Origin: Anaeramoeba ignava BMAN
Lineage: Eukaryota; Protista; Anaeramoebae
DNA length: 57,844 nt
NCBI GenBank assembly: GCA_028826165.1
Contig: JAPDFW010000040.1
Location: 1 to 57,844, forward strand
Direction of reading: 5' to 3'
Shown here: positions 52,052-57,844 of the stretch, in pieces
How positions within the stretch are numbered: the stretch's first letter is position 1
Layout: every line of letters starts with the position of its first letter
Position numbers and translations under genes: made by a program
Notes under the pieces: model-generated
What the model saw: the letters and a program-made list of their open reading frames with translations, nothing else
Database searches by the model: none
Told to the model about the DNA's origin: nothing

Positions 52052-55000
52052 GTAAATATTTTAAAATAAAATTTAATCAAATCAAAAATAAAAAGAAAAG
52101 AAAAGAAAAGAAAAGAAAGAATAATTATTTTATAATTCATTTCAATTTTAATTTTATTTTAAATTTATATATTTAATCAAATTTTTTGTTTATTAATTTA
52201 TAATAATAAATATTTTATTTTATTAAATTTTAAAATAACTCTTCTTCTTCTTCTTTTTATTTATTTTTATAATAATAATAATTTATTATTTACTTAATTT
52301 TTCATTTTATTTAATAATATTAATATTTATTTTTGAAATTTTATATTTATTATACAAAATAAAAATAATTAATTTCCCTCAAAAAATAATAATATTAATA
52401 TTAATATTAATATTATTTTCATTTCAAAATTTTTCATTTTATAAAATTTAATTTTTTTCTTATTTATTAAAAATTATAAATTTATTTATTCATTTACTTC
52501 TATTTTTTTTTATTATTCTTTTATTTACATATTTTTATTTTTATTTTGGAAAAAAAAAACAACAAATTTAAAATTTAATTCTTTCAATCTAAAATATTAT
52601 TTAAAAATTAAAGAAAATGAAAAAAAAATAAATGAATAAATTTATATTTTTATTTTTATTTTTATATTTTCTTTAAATTGGAAAATAAAATTTAAAAAGA
52701 AAAATATTATTTTTTTATTCTCAAATCTTATTTTTTGAATTTCAATTTTGATTTAAAAAAGAAAAATTCAATAATTTCTTTTTTGAAATATGATTAATGA
52801 TTATTATTTATTTTTTTCAATATTAATATATTTTGAATTTGAGAAATTTAATTATCAATAAACTTTTTATTCAAATTTAAATATTTTTTTTCTTTAGTGA
52901 ATAATAATTAAATTTATATCAACTCTTTTTATTTGAGAAATTATTTTTATAATATAAAGATAAGTTATTATAATTTGTTATTAAATTAAATAAAATTATT
53001 CTTTTATTTTATTTTAAATTTTAATATTAAATTTTTTCTTTTCATATTTTAAAATATTGAGAGAAAGATGAAAAAAAGAATATGAAAAAGGAAATAATAT
53101 TTTTTATATCATTTTTATTTTTATTATAATCTGAAAAGTAAATCACAATAAATTAAATTAAAATCAATTTTTTATTTTAAAAAAATTTGGGAAAAAAAAA
53201 AGGAAATATTTATTATTCTCTCTAAATTGGATATTGGAATTATTTTTATAAAAAAAAAATAAGAATAAATTATTTAATCTTTTAAATAAAAATAATATTT
53301 AATTAAAAAAAAATCTATTAAATAAATATTCAGAATAAATATTGATTTAATAAATTCTTTAATATCATTTTTCTCTTTCATTTTTTTTTATATTTCAATA
53401 TTTTAAACAAAGAAAATTTAAAAAAAAAATTCATTTTCTATTTATTTATTTATTATTAAATTTTGAAAAAAAAAATAAAATTATTTTTTGATTTTACAAT
53501 AAATTTGAGTTTATCAATATTTTTATTGAATATTCTTTTATTGAAAATTAAATTATTTCCAATTTATTAAATATAAAAATTTTTTAATGAAATATTAATT
53601 TAATTTATTAAATTTTTTTTTTGGAAATTTTGAAAGAGAATGAAATTGAAAATTATTTTTTTTGATTATTTTATATCCTTTTAATTAATTAATTCAATTT
53701 CTTCTTAATTTTAATTTTAATTTTATTAGATTTATTCTCTTCCTTCTTTTTTTTTTTTAAAAAAAAAGTGATTATTATCAAATTGATTTTTAATATTAAT
53801 AAGATTTAATTTAATTTAATAATTGAAAAAAACAAAAACAAAATTTTATTCTTAATAATATTGAATAAATTCTTAATTTGAATAATATTTTATTTTTATT
53901 TTTATTTAATTTAATTTTATAATATAAATTTTAATTAAATATTTGTGTTAATGTGAATAAAAATTAATTATTTTTTTATTCAAATATAAACTCAAAACAA
54001 TAAATATTTCTTTTATATTAATTATTACAAAATAATAATAATAAAAATAAAAATGTTACATTAAATCCAATATTTATTTATATTATTTTTTTGAAATAAA
54101 ATTCTTCTTCAATTTAATAATTTTGATATTATCGAAATTTTAGAAATAAAATAAGATATTAAAATTATTTTATTTCTCCTTTTAAAACTTCTTTCTTATA
54201 TAATTCACATATTTTTTTTTGTTTTTAATTATATTTATTTTTGTTTCGTTTCATATTTACTCAATTATAATCAAAGAAATATTAAGAAAATAAAGAAAAA
54301 ACCAAATATTATTTTTATTTTTATTTTTATTTTTATTTTTGATAATATTAAAATATTATTTCTAGATTATTAAAAATCAAAAACCAAAAATCTGTAAATA
54401 TTATAAGATAATCTAAATTTAATAAAATTTTATTCTTTTAAATTTTTTTTTAATTTAATAAATTGTAATATAAATTAAAATTGATTAACAATTTGTAATT
54501 ATCATAATTCACATATATTATTTAATTATTTTTTTTATAAACTAAATAATGAAATGAATTAAATTTAGATATCAATAATTTTTGTTTTTATATTTATCTT
54601 CTTTCTATTTCCTTACTTTTTATTTATTTATTTATTTATTTTCATTCTTTTATTTATTTATACATATAGATTTTCTAAATAATTTATTTTATTCCTCAAG
54701 ATAATTTACAAAACAAAAACAAAAACAAAAAAATTTGGATTGAAAATTATTTCATTTTTAATCATAATCTTATACTTTGAAAATAAAATATAAAATAATT
54801 ATAATTATTAAATCAAAATTGAAAGAAAAAAAATATTTAAATTGAATATTAAAAACAAAAAAAGAAAGAGAAGATAAATTTAAAATATTTTTTATTTTTA
54901 TTTAAGATATTTAAAATTAAAACAAAAAATAATAAAAATAAAATCCAATTCTTAAATTCTCTAAAATAAATAAATTATTTATTAAGAAATCCAAAAAAAA

Positions 55001-55419
55001 ATATGATTATGAAATGAATAAACGAGAAATTATTGAATAAAAATAGTAAATATAAAATGATTAAAAGTGAGAAAGATAAATAATTAGAAAGAAAAGAAAA
55101 AAAGAAAATTTCAATAAATATTTCTTTATAAAATGTTTTAAAAATAATAAAAACAAAAATAAAAATAGAAACAAAGAAAAAAAAAAGAATTTTATAATAA
55201 TAATATTATATATATATAAAATTAACACTCAAATCAATAATATAAGAAATTATTTTATTTTTATATTTGTGAAATTAAATAATTTCAATAAAAATAAAAA
55301 TAAAAATAAAATAAAAACAATCATTTTAATTTGAATAAAAAAATCAATTATTGAAAAGAAAAAAATTAATATTTAAAGGGAAAAGAGATAATTCCTTTTT
55401 CTTTTAATTAAATTTCTCA

Positions 55420-56470
55420 AAATAAAATTATTATTAAAATAATTTTAAAAATTTAATTTTTAAAATAAATTCATTTTTTCAATTATAATTAAATTTATTA
55501 TAATTTTAAAAAAAATTAAAAAAAATTATTATTTCAAATTATTTTATTTTTAAATTTTAAAAAAATAAAAATTATTATTAAAATAATTTTAAAAATTTAA
55601 TTTTTAAAATAAATTTATTTTCTTAATTATAAATAAATTTATTTTAATTTTATATTAAATTAAAAAATATTTATTATTTCTTAAATTATTTTTATTATTT
55701 TTTAAATAGGTTTTAAATAAAAATTATTCTTTAAAAATAATTTTAAAAATTTAATTTTAAAATAAATTTATTTTTAAATTGCAAAAAATTTTATTTATTG
55801 TTTTATATTAAATTAATAATTTTTATTTAATTTTTTTAAAAATTTATTTTATTATTTTTAAAATTATTCCAAATAAAATTATTATTAAAATAATTTTAAA
55901 AATTTAATTTTTAAAATAAATTCATTTTTTTAAATACTTTTTAAATAAAATTATTTTAAAATAAATTACAAAAATAAAAAATTTTTAAAATAAATTCATT
56001 ATATTAATTATTTTTAAAAACATAAAATGTGGTAAAATTTTAATTTATTTTAAATTTAAATCATCCTAAAAATATTATTATTATTTTCCAAAAAATTATT
56101 TTATTATTTTTAAAATAAAATTATTATTAAAATAATTTTAAAAATTTAATTTTAAAAATAAATTCATTTTCTTAATTATAAATAAATTTATTATTATTAT
56201 TATTTTATATTAAATTGGGAAAAATATTTATTATTTTCTCTTAAATATTTTATTATTTTCTTTTTAAAGACAGGATGTAACAAATTCACTAAATAACACC
56301 TGGGGTGACCACCCCAACGACCTTTTTAAAATGAATGTAATCTATTTTTAATTAGAGTAAATTTATTTTTATATTGTCAGTCTTCAAAAATGCCATTTGA
56401 CATTTGTTATTTTTCTTTTTAAATTTATTTTATTATTATTTTAAATAGGATGTAAATAAAATTGTTGCTG
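55420..56470 (+). repeat. Noisy tandem repeat (about 140-180 bp units) with GAT microexon motifs at 56274-56276 and 56449-56451
   Basis: AAATAAAATTATTATTAAAATAATTTTAAAAATTTAATTTTTAAAATAAATT(C/T)ATTTT recurs near 55420, 55563, 55715, 55871 and 56113. CAG GAT GTAACA and TAG GAT GTAAAT are intact, and TAGGTTTTAAAT at 55707 looks corrupted. Confidence 0.65.
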
Positions 56471-57844
56471 GCTACAATACATATTAAAAATATCAATTTT
56501 AAAAAGACCTTTTTAAAGTAAACAACTAACCATTTTCAGACTTATTCATAGTGGGGTCAGGGAAATTTACCTTTGTAACAATCCATCTTCTCGATTGATA
56601 ACAATCGACATTATGACACACACCTTTCTAACTTTTTTTTGATAATTATTTTGTTTTTATTATCCATTGAGAACAAAATAAAAATAGTTTTGTTTTATTT
56701 TGTTATAAAAGAAAAAGAAAAACGACCGAAAAACATTTTGAAAAACAAAAATCTTTGATCGAACCAGACAACAAGAAAAAGAGAGTTGAGTGCAACATAA
56801 TCTATTTTATTCAGAAATAACGAAAACTAGTGCAACCTGATTATTTGCCAAAACCACCACAAACCTTTTATTTAAACAGATCTTTCCTTTTATAAAAACT
56901 GAAAATAATAAAATAAAAAAAAACAAAAACAAAAATGATTCCGATTTTTATCTTAACTCTAATACCAGAAAAATAAAATATGTTATAAAGAAAATTTATT
57001 TCCAAAAAGTGATATTTTTAAATGTTTTGTTATATTTTTAAAATAAAAAATTAATTAAATTTAATTATAATATTAATATTATTTCTAATATATATTCTTA
57101 AATTTATAAACCAAAAAAAAGGAGAATTTAAAATGATAAATGTAAATGAGTATTATTATTATATGCTAATATTGATTTATAATAATTATTCTATTAATTG
57201 AAATAGTCAATTTTATTTTATTGATTTTGTAAATTAATTTACATAGATAATATTAATATAATAATATATATTTGATAGCACTGACCAATCATATGACCGA
57301 CCTATTCAATAACCTGAAGGATCAACAATCAACTAGAAAAGAATGAAGAAGAATATATTATACATTTATATAAATTTATTATTAGGGTCTCTTTATTGTA
57401 TTCTCCACTGACCTTAGTTTATTTGAAAATTAAAATAAAATATAAACAATAGGAGATAGAGATATTAGACTATTATATCCCTTCAAACAAACAACATTTA
57501 TCCATATTACATTGGGAGACTTATTTGCCTTTGAAAGGAAAATTAAATAAATTGAGCGAACGACCCGCCATCTAAATGATGAATATATATTATAAAATAA
57601 TTAATTCACCACACTATTCTTTTTGATTAAAAGAGGAATTATTAATAGTCAATTTGACCGAGAGAAATATATATAGATCAATTTGACTAATAATAAATAA
57701 AATTATTATTATTATTATTATTATATATATATTATTTTCTGGAAGTATTTGAAATTTAAAATTATATTTTCCTCCATTTAACAAATTAAATTATTTTGAT
57801 AATTTAATAAAATAAAATTTAGATTAAATTAACACCCAATTTAA

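Noticed and set aside
56280-57844. GC-richer patches at the window end as a gene or RNA
   Set aside because: There is no ORF, splice-consistent exon or recognisable RNA fold. It resembles low-quality contig-end sequence.

Overview
Extremely AT-rich, intron-rich eukaryotic DNA read with the standard genetic code. An Anaeramoeba-like protist is my unverified guess. Most of the window appears to be one large + strand gene, from 1499 to at least 50730 and probably beyond 56 kb, that the ORF track mostly misses. It has a BTB/POZ(-BACK-like) first exon, three Armadillo-like exons, and then ankyrin repeats each encoded by one phase-0 exon of about 96 nt. The main observation is that about 25 putative 3-nt, single-codon microexons (AG-NNN-GTA) lie between the ankyrin exons. 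Read in order they rebuild the ankyrin beta-hairpin (D|K|D|G|KTP, D|K|F|G|KTP, D|E|Y|D|WSP). Later gaps hold 5 and 7 or more such codons, which suggests splicing-based diversification of the binding loop. The introns carry antisense mobile DNA: one intact APE-RT LINE with a 17-bp TSD nested in an older copy, several AT-eroded LINE relics, an intact single-ORF PIF/Harbinger/ISL2EU-like DDE element plus a relic, and microsatellites. Several stretches look like poorly polished long-read consensus. All splicing is inferred from sequence alone.
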